The notes beneath the pieces were generated by a model. The model worked only from the letters and a program-made list of their open reading frames with translations, ran no database searches and had not been told where the DNA came from. A program made the position numbers and the translations under genes. From Yuukianura sp. NJ FZ-2021 (taxonomy: Eukaryota): 64,000 nt of DNA. Below, piece by piece: positions 27,201 to 42,200 of the stretch (position 1 is the first letter of the stretch; every line of letters begins with the position of its first letter). The stretch spans positions 8,618,001-8,682,000 of the forward strand of contig CM102289.1 of NCBI GenBank assembly GCA_046563655.1, given 5' to 3'.

Positions 27201-30200
27201 TAACTTTTAGGACCAGGGTTGAATTTAATACAAACAAAACCATCACATTTTCTATTCCGTTACAAAGTTTTAAATGAGCCTCAGCTCTGGGCTTAAGTGT
27301 AGCATTAGGTCAGGTTTTATGCAGACAGGGGGGAGTACTTAGCCTGTCCTTAATATCCTCCTGTGCCTTAAAGTACACACAGCCAAGGCTCCCAACTTTA
27401 ATATCAAAGAGACACACTAACCTTAGCTCAAGCTAGGCCTACCTTTTCAAATTTTGAATTTTCCCGCTCCTTTCAGAGGGGGAGAACGTTTTTCATTTGG
27501 ATTTTTTGAAAATGAAAGTTCAAATGCCGCGGTGCTAAAAACCTGAAAATTTCATGCCACCGAAACAAGTCGTCGCGCGGGAAAGTTTTGAATTTGAGTC
27601 ATGTCAATTCCCCCCTCTCTGTAAAATGTTGAATCGTGCCAGCTCCAACTGTGAACCTGGATTGATTATGACAGTATCCATGGGATCCAGGATGCCTAAC
27701 ACAACCTTTGTAACCCTCATACTACACTGACATTGAACTTTGAAGAGCAACCCTAACTTGAAAACTTACCCTAACATTTCTCTATGTTTAACTTATGGTT
27801 CAGAGACGCACTTCCAGGAAGGGAGGGGAACAATTCAGAAAACTTCAATTGAAAATGTTGTTAATTTTTTTACCTGCAACAGACGCTGGGCCATGTCCTG
27901 TTTCATTGTACTGCATCAAGTAGTTGTAACCTACTGAAACGTAGTCTCCCGCCTCCCCACATCCGACTGACTGTTGTGTAAACGGTGCGTGACCAAAGAG
28001 CGGATGTTCCCCAACAATCCGGAACTGAGCCTTGGCTACCGTAGATCTGCTCGTAGGGGCCGCTGGTAAGTAGCGACCACACGCCCGAGAGTCCCACGTT
28101 GGCGGAAGAACAATGAGGACGCGATGAAAGTAGATTCTACGAGAAGTAGCTTCGTAGAGATACGAAGATGCGGATGAAAAGATCTCCTGAAAAGACAAAA
28201 AAGAGAGATTTAGGATCAGGTTTGCAGAAAAAATCGATTTCGGATTTTGCAGAAATTTTTTTTCATGTTCTTGTATAGAGAAACTTGCTTTCTCTTTTGG
28301 ATTTTGACCTCTTTCACCTCTTGTTCTGAATCAAATCTCATCACTCCTCATTCTTATAAATCAAAATTTGAGTTTTTTCCAGAAATCCTTTTTTGACTTT
28401 GATAGAGGAGCAGAATCCAACAGGAGTTTGAGAATCTCAGAGAAAGTTTTTTGTTACATTTTTACTACTTTGTGTTTTGAAAAAAAAAGACTTTCTCCGG
28501 GAAAGAAAAAGATTTTGGTAGATTTACTTTCCAAATGGAGGAAATAAGGAAGTTCAAAAAATGTCACATTAGAAGAGCAAAAAATTGCCCAAATGAAAAC
28601 GAATAACCTAATGTAGGCTATAAACCTAACAAGTTAGGTTAAGGTTAGGCTTCAGCAGTAGAATTGGTGGAGAAAGCATTAATTAATTATTATCCATAAC
28701 TGTCCTAATTCTTAACTTCCACCACCAGAGGTCGTTAATCATCCAAATGACTTTCAGTGGCAGCACTTTCACCAAACCACAACAACCTTGCTCCGCTGAA
28801 CTAACATGTTCTCACAACTTTGTGTGAACCACTTTCTACTTTTGCAACTATGTTAGTACCACAAAAGTTTTTGCAAACTAATGCTACCATGTACACTACT
28901 GTGTGTACTTTACGGTAGATAAGCAAAAAGCACTTCCTCTTACTTTTCCATTTATTACTTCCCGTGTCCCTAATCTAAAGCTCTACTTTCTAGTTTGTCC
29001 AAAAATTTAAAACGAAACTTCGGAAATGCGCGGGAGAACCGTTTAAATTTAAATTATGGAACATAAACATAGCATGGTACATTCCGTACTAAGCATGGTT
29101 AGGTGCACATATCTAAATTACAATCTCGTTGCTTAAATGATTCTTCAGAAACCACGCCTGCTTACAATCGGATGTAACAAGTTGACACTGACGAAGAACC
29201 AAAATTACAAAGCTCAACTTTTTCAAAAGGTGATTGAAAATTTTTTGCTTGTTCATAATTTTGAAGTTCTTTGAATGCTATAACCTTAGTTATGCTTCAC
29301 GGTTTAATCAATACAGTCGTAATTAAGATTTACCGCTAGAGGTGAATGAGATGCATATTTTAGGGATTCGCACAGCATGGGAGATTTTAAGACGAAAAGA
29401 TATGGCGGTGGGTTCGATCCAATCAATCCTTGTGCAAAAAATTTATCTTTGAATTTCAATAACAATCAAAGGAAAGTGTAAAATGATTTGCAAAAAAATT
29501 CATCAACACACCTTCATTTTCACAGCTAATCAACTTTTCACATCACATAACTAGAACTAATTATCCTTGGTCCAAATTATAATACGTACAAGGTGTAATT
29601 AAACATAACTTAAGTTCTAATTACCATATTAACATAAAATTCAAACGTATTAACAAAAAATTGATACATATTAAAGTGAAATTTACACATTTTAAACTGT
29701 TTTGCTAAATATAATAGCTGATTTTAAGTGTACAAAAACATTTTTATATTGAAGATTTAAATTGGAAATTTCTTGATACAAAAAAAAATTTTTTTGAACT
29801 TTTTTAAAACAAAAAATAAACTTTTTCGTTTTGTTTTTAATTTAGGGTTTGTACAAAGCTGGAAAAGGTGGATGATGCTCATTAAATTTACGTGAGTTAC
29901 AACTGTAATGTTTTTTATTACTAATTGTTCTGAAAACATACCCTAACTCTATACACATGTTTACATAATATAATATTATAACATATTTTTTTTCATATGG
30001 TAAAATACACACTGGAGAAGGGAGAGAAAGCGATACACCCTTGTTTTTTGAATTTGAAGCATCCTTTTTTGAAAGTATTTTTGAAGAGCATCTGAAAGCC
30101 TAGCATAACAGATTTCTAATAATTTCCAACCCTGTGTAACTCCATACTCCCAAAAACAGTTTTTGTTTTTCTTCTAATGCATTTCAATGACTGCCACATA

Positions 30201-33200
30201 TTTCATTTTTCCAAAAGCCTAACAAGCTAAAGCCCACTTCAATCTATGTACTTTTTTTTTGTTTTAAAATTCTTGGAACTAGTTGAAGATGACCCGAGGT
30301 GAGGTGAGGTTTTTCCGTTGATTTGAAATTATCCTACAAAACCCACCACCTTTAAACTCAAACCCTCACAAAGTGAAATCAACTTTTTGGGAAATGGAAT
30401 TCCTTCGAACCAAAACCTGATGCAGAAGATGATGCTCAATCTCAGAGCAAGAAGATCATCATAATTCAAAAATCCAAGCTTTGCTTGGAGCCTTATGGAA
30501 AACCTAAATCTTAGCCTAACCTCAAGTCGTGCTGACTAATTCATGGACAAGATAGTTCTAAGATGTAGTCTGATAATTGGATGAGAACAATGCGCCAGGA
30601 ACTCCATTCTTCCTCTACGCATGTGCATAAACCACATGAAAATAACATTTCATTTCAATTTTTAATTATCCGGTGCATCTCTATACAAATTTTTATCCTC
30701 AAGAAATTTACGAAAGTTTAAAAATCAATCAAGAAATGCTGTATGAACTATCCATATTCCATAACGCGTGCTTGGTCAAGGTCAAATTTTGATTTTCTTT
30801 TTGAAACTTTCAGAAATTTTGATTGTAAAATTTTTCAATCCAATTTGAATTTTTTCCCTTAACTTTTGTTGTATTTACGTTGTACAAAAGTAAATTATAA
30901 TTTGAAAAGCCACCTATTTAGCAACTCGGCTGCATTTATTTGAGTTTACGGTCCGTAGATCCTATTTATTTGAATTGAGGCTGTATACACTATGTTTGAA
31001 TGTTGTATGTACACTACGACCCAAAACTGAGAACAATTGGATCTTTTTGAAAAAAACAAGAATAGACTATGTTTTGTATTCTGAAGGTTGTGTACTACCA
31101 GTCTCAAAAATACATTTTGAGTCTCCCCACATGATTTCAAAGGTTCTGGATCATTAAGTCCAAATGGCTATTGAAAATTGAAAGCAATAAATAATAAGCA
31201 TCATAACAATTCAATAACAAAGTTTCAAAACCACACAATATGTGCTTTGCACTACGTAGTACTATAAATGGAAATCTGCTGGTACTTGATTATGTATGGA
31301 CAACAATGGGCATTGAGTCCACTCCGGACATCCGGAGGTAATTGACCTTGACAAAGTTCACTACCATGACACACCTAAGGTACCTAACGTTATTTCCAGT
31401 GCCAAAATAAACACTTTCCAAAAAAAAAAACAATGAAAAAAATAATCTTGTGCAAAATGGCTAAAAAAAACTTTCCACAAACACAATTATTCTGGGCACC
31501 AAAATTTACGAGCGAAATTTTAAAAATATTTCTCGTGTTCGTATATCGTAATGTTTTGGAAAACAATGGACTCCAAGGAGCTTGGAGGCATGGACCAGAT
31601 GAAGCTAATTTGAAGATGCTGGATGCTGATGCTGAATGCTGGATGCTGGTTGATGCTAGATGTGTTTTGACCATAGCGTATTATGTTCCAGCATAAGCTA
31701 ATCAGTGTTTCCAAAATAGTCCATTGTCCACGCGCTCATTAACTATTAGTTTCTACCAAAGTACAGTATGAACCACAATGGCTAAAACAGAATTCGTGAT
31801 TACATTGATTAACATCAGTAGCAAGTCTTATACAATCCAACCAAGTTTATAAATAGAAAAGTTCATCTTCCATCCTTCAATCTCTATAACACACACATCG
31901 CCAAACAGTCTCCTCCGTACGCAGTGATTGATACACTTGTTATCGATGTTCTGCTACTTTTATATACTCTGTTCTAAGAAATTTCAAAAAATGATTTTGG
32001 AAGAGGGAGAGGCTTCAGATTTTGAGATTTGTACGTCTGACGAAGTTATCCCTTGGGGTGGTGGAGAGCCAAGCCCAACTCAATATCTAACGACACTGAC
32101 AAAGTTTCTGTAAAACTTTTTTTAACACACAACGACTATACGCAAGGTGCAAAGACAAGGTGAGAGATTCAAGTTGAAAAGCAAAAAAATGACAATCGTG
32201 GATCAGATAATGTCGTTCTGACGAAGGCCAAAGCCAAGCCCACATAAGCCTCCCGGCATATTTCAGATTCTCAAAATTCCGAAAATTCTTGGATTTAATT
32301 AAAATTTTCTGGAAATGAGGTTCTCACTTTTCCTGGAAACAAGGGAGAAAGCTACGGTTACTAAAAAAATGCTTTCTTTTTGCAAAAAACATAAAAATAG
32401 GTCCATTTTCTGTTGTTTTTTTTGGACTTGTACAGTATGTGATCAAGTTGCAGAGGAAAAAGAAAGTCTGAACAAAACAAGATCGCATTACATTCCAGTT
32501 GAAGAGTTTCTTAATTGGCAATTATTCAGCCCTAGTTACCCAGAAGAATCAGACTGCAGCTTTTTCATTTGTTCCAGATCATCTTACTCGGCCTTTCCTT
32601 CCTTTGATCTTCATCCAAGAGACTCCCAGGCACAGTTAGACTCATGTCCATCAACCTCATCTTCATCATCATCATCAACTTCCATTTTTTTGAACTTGTA
32701 TGTACTATGTACAGGAAGATTCAAACGGCAGGAAGTCCCGCAGGAAGAAACTGAAAAATATCTTTGATTTTGATCAGGGATTGATCTCTTTTCAAAAGTT
32801 GTTCCTGGTCAGACGACATGAAATACCGAGAAACCTCATCTAGATCTCTATCAGCTTCAAAATCAAAGACATTGGAGAGCAAGGTTCCTTGACAATGAAA
32901 ACTTATGTTTTTTAACAGGTTGGGTACTACCTCGCTCGTTGACAAAAAAATTAGTAGCAATTTAGTACCAATCCGAAAAATTGGTACCAATTCGTATGCG
33001 AAATTTAAAAAAAACTTGGCTGTATTGTTGTGACTACGATGTACCGAAAGGAAAAGAAACTTTTCCTTGCAAAATCGAAAAAACATGAGGTATTATCCAA
33101 CCTGCTAATGAAAATCATAAGTCAACAAACCTTGTTGGAGAGCAACTCAGCTGAGGTTTGAAATTTCAAATTTTCCCGCGGCAAAGAAAACTCTTGGTCT

Positions 33201-36200
33201 AATGACCACACAACCCTCGTTAATGTATTATTATACTCCTGCGCATTATTAATTTCCCGTCAGAGGCCAGCCGAACATTTTGCTGTTGCCTGCTTTACTT
33301 CATCCGTCATCATCATCATCATCATCTTCTCCAGAAAACAGGAGCGTCTGGAACTGTTTTCTCCAGCCACACTACTTTTAATGTAAACTAATCTAGATTT
33401 TGGGAAGCATTTAGTCCTGTACAAGTTCCCCTCCCCACCCGAGTAGCTTTTTGTGCCGTACAAATCCAGAAATCAAATGAATTGGAAAGCACTACTGCAG
33501 AAGTTGTCTGGCTTCATTTGTCAAAGGGAGAAACATATGGCTAAGGGTAGGGGAGCCCTGCTTTTCGTCCAATTTCATTACTTCCACAGCCCTACTTTTT
33601 CTCAACCTGTCAAACATTTCGTTTTTCCCGCTCAAGAGTATTCAGCTTCACTTATGTGGAGACCACACTACCACAAATTCTCTGTGGTTTTCATTTCTGG
33701 AAGATCAAACTTGATTACAATCTTTGGAATTAGGATGTAAAAGGGTATGGACCAGAAAGAAAAGCCTTCAGGACTTAAACAGAAAAAAATGAAATCCATT
33801 TTAAGCTTGGCACCAGATTTGAAAACTTGGAATTTTCGAACCTCTTCTTTCAATTTTGATCTCCATTAAGCTCAATACAAATCATAAAAAACTTTTAAAA
33901 AATAGAAAAGTAATTCTCGAAAAGTTAGGTTAAGTTCTGCCCACAGTGGTGGATGTTCCTGGAATGATGTCGAGTAGAGCACAATCATTATCATTAGGAA
34001 AGGCGGGAGGGCGGGAATGTTTCGAAATTTGAAAACCTGCACATACGAGTGTTTTCTGTTTTGGGTTTGTAATCTAACACTATGGTTGTTGGTGTATTTT
34101 TGAAAAAAACGAAGTCGAAGATGCGTATTTTCAAGATGCGAGTTTCAGAAATCCTAAATCCCACGAAATTTTAAAGGAAGAGGCTTGTCTAAAAGTGCTT
34201 TGAGGGATTTGAGGCAGATGGGAGTTTGAGCATCATGAACTGAAAGGTCATCTTCACAAGTCAAAAATTTTGAACAAAAAAAATTTAAGACGAAAATTTC
34301 AAAAAAATGCTGCAGGGGTCATGGAGAAGGGCCCCTCTCCTTTTAAGGGGTGTGTTTTAAAACATTTAAAAAAAAAGAGATTTCTCTCATCTTCAAGCCC
34401 TATTTGAACATTACTTGAAACATTGGAAAAGTGTTTTTCAAAAAGTGCAGATGTGATGCCCAGTTCTTAATTTTTCTGAGAACCACTTCAGTTTTAAGGG
34501 CCCCTTCTTAAATTTTCAAGGGTCTCAAGCTAATTAAGCATTGCCCAACGGAAACTAAAGACTTAAGGGTGGAGCCCTTAATGGATTTGAAACAAAGAAG
34601 GTTGTTCATTTTACAAATCCACTTGACACTTTTTTGAAAAACAGGCGGTTGTTTTGAAATTTTTGAAACTGAACAGGAACTAACTTCTGGAAGAATTTAA
34701 AAAAACGTTTTTGGGTGTGGGAAAAACTTTGGCTACAAAAATATCAAGTTTCATGAAAAAACATTTTCTAGGAAGGAGTAATGCGCCGCCCATTTTGAAA
34801 TTTGTGTCGTTTTTTGCAAAATAGACTTTTGCATGAGCAGTTACATTCAAAATTGACAAGTTATTTCCTCATTGTCAAGAGGTTGGAAACGTAACCTTAA
34901 TTTGTATAATGATATATTATTACTTTATATTAATTTACTTAAACAATTACACTAAACTAACATTTCGTCAGCATCTCATCTTGCTTTAACACTAAAAAAT
35001 ATTTGGGCTGAGCAAAATTGCTGTCAAAATTTGAAAATTATAACATTTCACACCTTGCCAATAAATTATTTCACGATTCCTACCTCACACTACGAAACTC
35101 TTTTTGCTTAAGTTAAAGTACCTTGTAGAAAGTTGTTTTTTTTAAATTGAAAGTTAAATTACTTTGAATTGAGAGTTAAATGATTTATTTACTTAAATAA
35201 CTAATGGTAGTGCAGAGTATCATTTCATGATTAGTCTCACAAGAAACCAATTTTTTAAAGAATCCTTTTGCCTTGCTCGCTCCAACCCTCCTGGCCTTTA
35301 CTATTCATCTCTCTAATGGATTTTTCAAGTTTTTTGAAACGAATATTTCATCATGTTAAGATTACGTTGAAGCGTGTCTTCTTGAAATCCATGTGAGTCT
35401 CTAGTTGTCTTCTTGTCAGACATTTTATCTTGCGCAAAATTCGTATCTCGCGGCAAAAGTCGTTTTTTAATTTCAAGGAAATGGGAGAGACTTTTATATT
35501 TTGTTTTACCTCCGTAAAGAGCACAAATTATGACCAATGCCAACGCCTTTTTCTGTTTTAAACTCTATAAAAATTAACATTTTACAAGATACAAGTGCCA
35601 TGATACATGTAGAACTTTAAAGCAAAAGTGAACATGTTACATGTAAAAGTTAAACTTTGAGAAAACATAGTTTAAGTGTGTGTGCGGCTTACAATTTTTC
35701 AATTTCAACTTTTCTTTTCTCGTTTTATTTCAAAACACGAGCCCGCTTACTTTCCGTTTCGTTGCAAAACTTTTTGAGAGAAGATTAATACTTGTTTTAT
35801 TGCCAAAACGTGAAAGATGCTGCTCAATTTCAACTTAAAGCACAAGACTTGAAACTTACTGGTGGTGTGTATCACTTGAGCGCGTAAATTTCTGCAACGC
35901 AACATTACTCGAATTCATAATTTTTCTCACTCGCAGTTTTCTATGAGGGGAGATATAACTCAAAACGGAAATTTTGAAATTCCGTTCCAAAAATTGTGAA
36001 AAACACGAACTATTTAATTTTAATTTAAAACTACTTTTTCTCGAAGTTGGTCTAAATTTTTCGCAACTTTGTCATAATAATTTTGTTAAATTTTGAAAAT
36101 TAAATGCAAATTAATGAAATTTCTCAAAATTTCTGAAAAACTGACACAATGAAGCTGAATTTCATTTGAATTTGATGAAAAGTGGAGAAAGTAGCGTAAA

Positions 36201-39200
36201 ATCAAATGAAATCCTGTGCTTTCTTCTTGTTTGTTTTAACAAGAACAAAAAAGGTAAACAAATTGGAGAATCCTACAAGTCGTGCAAAGGACTCAGCGTT
36301 TTGTTTTTCCTTTTTAAGGCTAAATTAAAGACAAGTTAAAATTCAAAACCCAGTCATTCGAGTATTTAAATTAAAGTGTCTTAAGGGCTTTTATGTAAAA
36401 AACAAAGTGGGTAGAAATGGCGCTGCGCGTCAAATTGCAAACAGCAAACGCAGAACATTGTATACCTGAGCACACGTTTTGAAATGAGCAACTTTTGCTT
36501 ACAGTGTCAACAATTCTTGTTTATGACACATGGAGCCCTAGGGGCCCTACACTTTTTCAGTATAATTCAAACAAAAAATTTATAACGCCTACAAATCTTG
36601 TCCAAAAGGTGAAGTCACCTTTCACAGAACACAACAAATTTTTAGCGTGATTCATTTCCAGAAGGGAAGGTTGTACATTTAAGAATCATTAAAAATTTAT
36701 ACAAAATCGGTAATGTTCGTAGTTGTACCTGAAAAAATCAAGTTACACCTCCACCTTTTTTAAAAAAAAAAAGTTTGATTTTTGGACAACTCTGTGAGCA
36801 ATTTTTGAATCATACCCACGATTTTTGTGAAACACTCATCGACTGTGATTCTTATTCGCACACCCGCAAATTACGCCTGCGCAAAGCTCAATGTTAAAGC
36901 AAAATAAAATTTTCAAAAAAAAAATTCATAGCCTGAAATTAGTTGATTAGTATCACAATATTTTGAAAATGTAAAATGACCTTTGGCCTTTTGCCGGATG
37001 AAAAACGAGTTTAGACATTAAAATAATAAATCTCAAGAATATAAATTTTTACAATCCAAGAACCATTAGGTTACATTGTACTTTGTACACCGTGGTCCAA
37101 AACTTTTTTCTCACTTGAAAACATCTTCAACATCTTTTTGAGGGTACATTTACCTCTCCCACGATCAACTGGCTCGTGTTTGAGGTAACTTTGGACATGG
37201 AACCTTGGACCTCATGTCGTGATGAGGATCTTTACGCTTTTTAGTATTTTTTGGAATCCGTTTCACGCATGCGCTCTGCACCGCTTGACTGTTTACATTG
37301 TTGAGTGACCTTTCCTTTAAAGTTGGACCGGCACAGACTGTCAGGCACTTTTTTGAAGTTCCGGCGCAGACTGTCATCAAATGGTTTAACCGTAAGTGTT
37401 CTGACCTGTCACGGTCGTAATGACAGCCAGATTACAGTGTGTCCCACACCCAATGCGCAACTCATCATCATCAGAATCTTTTTGTTCTTTAGTCCGCATT
37501 TTGACACGGTTCTTAACTTGTGTATCATTTTTGCTAATGATGACATGACAACATTAACTGCACTGCATACAGTCAGTAATGCACAGAATTTCAAAAAGTA
37601 AGCTGTAGCGCCCAAAAAATTTTTAGTCATGAAAAAAAAAGAAGAGTCATCTTTGTTCCAAATTTTTTGGCGGAAAAAAGTGGACTCACTAATCTGATTG
37701 TCTCAGGCCAGTGACAGAGCTTAAATTTTGCATGCGAGTTGTGCTTCGACGCATGTGTCACTTGAACTTGGTTTCCTTAACTTCCTATTTCAAATTCGTA
37801 CTGCGCACACGCAAAGTAGGGCACTGCACTTAACAAAAAAGACTGAATTTGGTTTTGAATTTAAAACCAAATGCCACTTTTTTTCAGTAACTCATATCGT
37901 TCACCACATTGATTTCTAACACAAGACAAATGAAACCTCTGAGGGCATTTTGGCATTGTCTACAGGCCATCATTGTTATTTCACGATTCTCAGCATCTCT
38001 CACTTTTACCGTAAATCTCCAAATAACGACCCTGGTGAGATTTAATTCTTTTTGTTTACAAGTGGAATGCTGTACATTGATGTTTTATTTTTGAAAGATT
38101 CTCTATTTGGAGATTTACGGTAATGTCCATTGCAAAATGAGTGTGTGGTACAGTAGACATTGTGTCTGTTGTGGAACGATGATGCAGCTCAAACTGCGCG
38201 TTTTCAGGGATTGTCTGCGAGTGGAACATGACAGGCCAGGATTTCCGTCTTTTTTGACAGGATCGGAGCTCAGCAGAAAAGCTTCAACATCCTTTTACAC
38301 ACAAATCCAAAAAGCTTCATTCCATTTCATATTTTGGGTGTTTTGAAAACTGGGATTTTGGTTTTCAAAAGTTGTGGAAATTTCGGAACCTTTAGGCTAG
38401 GGTTGAAAATGGTTTTGAGGAAGTGGGAGAAACTAAATGGAATGGAATTAAATTGAAAGAGGAGGATAATGATCTAATGGAAAATAATAGAAAGAGGAAG
38501 AAGTGTCATGCATGTCACGTCATTTCAGTTAAAAGCTTCTACTTTTCAACCCCTTCTTTGGCCACACAAGAGATACTTATCTCGAAATGGTCCAAAGTCA
38601 CTTTGGACCAAACTTAAAATTAACACTATGATGTAGGAACCATTTTAAGAGTAAAATTCAAGTTCAGGATCCGTTTTGTTCTTATGGTCGCACCGAAATT
38701 TCATCCGTGTGTGAAGATCCAAATTTTGAAAAACGCCTTAAAAAATTTCACGACATGGAAGATGATGAGCACAACTCTACCGAGTCTTCCTGACCACGAC
38801 ATTACCACGGAGTACCGCTACAAAAGTTCTTAAATGGGTGCCAAAGTGTCCTCTGCTGAATATGAGTTTGATGTCAATCATTTTTCATAAAAAGTGTAAC
38901 TGTACAAGAGTTCATCAAAAAAGAAACGCTTAGTTATTATAAATGAACTAGTTTTGACAGGAAGTCATTTTTTGTGTACAGTACTGCTCAAAAGTACCAT
39001 TCAAAAGACGTCGCTCAAAACAATTCATCAACCACGGAACAAAAGATGCTAACTACTCTGCATTCATGCAATTGGCCAATTGCAATTTTTGGCACTAACT
39101 TGATTCGCTCTCGTAACCTCTGGCAGAAGTTACACTTCGATGCGTTACTTTTGAAAAAAAAAAGTTACCACCTAAAACGTTTACGTTCACCCAAACTAAA

Positions 39201-42200
39201 ACCGAAAATGGTCGTAAAACCTTTTTTGAAAACCAAAAATATTGTTTTTAGTATCTTTGCTTTTAAAAGTCCACTTAAACACTTAAACTTCCCGCTCACT
39301 GTGATGCGTGTGTGTGTGTCTCATGTCACTTCAACTTTTTTGGTGGCATTTTTAAATTTTTGTGTACAAAGGTGCACAGTGCACAGGTAGAACATTCAAT
39401 GTAAAGTGTACACATTAGCTCCATGGGGTTGTCTTTGGCTTCTCAAAAGATACAATAAAAAGTAGTTTTTGATAAACACCCAACACTGGGTTCTTACAGT
39501 GTAAAATTTTAAAATTTACCGCCACTGTGGTGGCAAATGCCTTTTCAGTTGTGTGGGATATTTCATATTGAAATGATCACGACTTCTATGCCAGACATGG
39601 TATTCATGAGTTCTTATAATTTTTTTGTGGGAATGCTGACATGGGGCATTACGAGACAAATTAGTCGCCTGAATTATTTCCCGCTATGTTTTCAAACGTC
39701 ACCGTTTTTCAACGGGTTTTCAAAAAAGGCTTCACGCCACTCAAGCGGCGTCATAATTTTTACGCCGAATTAACTCTCCACACGGAGACATTTTCTTGAA
39801 AATGCTTTGAAATTCCAAAACGGTTGAAAATGGAAGTCATTTTTCAGTGATTTCAATCACTACTCACCTTTGACCTGAAGGCAAAAGCGGCAAAGTTTAA
39901 CTTTAGTCAAAAACTGACTGGAGAGCACTTAAAACTTTGGAATCAAAGTGCTCAAGTCCCTAAATGGAAACAAACTGGATGTAAAAATACATTAAACAAT
40001 CAGTTTGTAGCATGCAACTAATTTGTCAATTCCTTTTTCAAAAACGAGTCTTCAAAAGAAAGTTTTTGTTTTTGGGTGTGGTACATACTTTAATGGGGGT
40101 CAAGGTCAAGGAGAGATTTTTTGAAAACATTAAGATTAGAATTTTCAAAAATCTTCTTTCGCAGGAATAACCCAACTATAGTTTAAAAACTCAGAAAGAC
40201 AAAAACTTTTAAAATTTTTTTTTAAAAAAGATTTCAACCGAAATATTTTCTGACGTTAAGAAGCATGTCTAATTGAATTAACTTTTGCTTGTTCTTCTCC
40301 CTTCCCTTCAGCAGATAGGAATCTCAATCTCAATGGATTGGAAAATTGTGAAATCGTTGCATCTCTTCATATCTGTTTTTGAAATTTTTTCAAGTGTGCT
40401 GTCAAAAGTTTAGAAAGTGTTTTGAAAAAATTCAAAACTATTTTCACAACTTCCCTAACAAACTATTATTGAGATCCACACATGCATGACACAGGAACAT
40501 TAAGAATCTTCAATAGATGCAACCACTACAACATTCTAACAAAAATTTTCAAAAAAAAAGTACAGCCTGTTTCGAAATACCAGAAAAAGTAATCTAAACA
40601 GTCAAAACTTAACAACTGGATTTGATTTGTATCTTGTTTAGTGGGTCAGTAAGTCCATTCTTTCAAAATTTTCAAAAACTAAATCATTTCTACTTTTTTT
40701 TCTAAACAAACGAAATCCTCCATGTTTCAATCCGCTCTTTTTCAAAAAGTAAAACCGAGTCAAAGAGGTTCAAACAAAACTTTTTTTTGTTTTTGGATCA
40801 AACAAACCGTGAAATCCATTTGAACGTAAAATGTTCAAGACAAACAGAACAGCAAGAAAAAAGGAAACTAGAACAGGAAGTTCCAAAAAGGTTGTGTGTT
40901 AGAAAGTGCCAAAGAAACTTCGTTTTTTAAAACAATTTTTTTCCCTGGAACTCTAACAAGTCTAAAAAGCAAAGAAAGAGCATTTTTCTCGCACTTTCTA
41001 AAAAGCGTGCCAAAAGCTTTCACTCAGTTTGTGATTTTCAAATCTCGAGACTCGCTTTCTAGCCGAAGCAGAAGCTTCTAGACCAAAATCCTAAGAATTG
41101 TAAATTTTCTAGAAACTGTTTCACTGATGCTGCTGGATGCTTGTGCTGGAATACTTGATGCTGGATGCTGGAGTAAAGAGAAAAGCGAGATTCCATGAAC
41201 TATGTTCTTCATTAAGGCGGCTGTGACTGGTTGAAGTACGGTTATACAATGATCCTTGTATTCCAAACTGTTTTAGAAATGGCATCTGCTTTGGTTAATT
41301 TGTCTCTCGTGCTTTCCCTCGAGGATTTCTAACCACTTAAGTCATTATCCCTGAGCCTTTCCAGCATTTCATGGAAATGTGCTTAAAACTAATACAAAGA
41401 GAAAACAACTTTCTCTAGACTGGGGCAAGTTGAGACTCCAGGCGGGAAATGACACTCGGAGTTCGTCTGATGCAATTAGTAACTGAGAGTTTAGGTTGGA
41501 AGGAGAAGAGAAAGTGACAATCCCTCTTTGATTTAATTAAGAACCCGCCCCAGTTTATAGTTACTCCCGCCAAAAACTTTTCCCGCTCTTTTGCTCCGAG
41601 AGATATTGAAGCACGTAGGAATCAAACTTTCACTCAGTAACGACATAGACTTTCACCCTTAACCTAAAGCACATCGGTTGGGTGGATACTCGGTTTAGAA
41701 AAATATTGGCAAGTACCCAGCCTCTTTCATGCTCCGTTAACAAGTTTTCCCACTTGCAAAATCTTTTTTGAAAAGACAAATTTCTTGGGTCAGTAGGTTT
41801 TTGAGGGTGAAAGGCTAAGCCTTAGAGCTCTGCACAAATCCACGCTCTGTCGATTTAGAAAAAAAGTCTTTTTTTCAAACCTTGGAGCTTTTTTTCAAAA
41901 AAACTGAAAAAATGAGTTCCACTTAGACCTTAGGTGTTACAAGGGCGGGAAAATCTGAGAGTGCCAGAAGACAAAGGTCCAGAATTTTGAAAACCTCATA
42001 TTTTTTCATAACCTTAGCTTTTTTTCATAAGCCTAAGCTTTTTTTCATAACGTTATGCTTAAGGTATTCCAGGGTCTCAGGTTCAAAGAATGAATAATGA
42101 GAAACCTCATTTACAATCCTGTTAAGTTCCAGCCCAAAAACATAATTTAGAAATTTGAAACTTGAACATTTGTAACACGTAAGAGGGAAAAGAGGGACCG

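Noticed and set aside
31615..31665. (GATGCTG)n tracts here and at ~41127-41172, plus short tandem repeats at ~42000-42060 and ~53910-53995
   Set aside because: Simple degenerate tandem repeats with no hairpin/seed or coding signature.
32315..32767. 150-aa ORF and other 60-140-aa ORFs in CLCA introns and the 47-57 kb region
   Set aside because: No recognisable domain, K/F-rich composition typical of AT-rich non-coding DNA, and no consistent splice structure.
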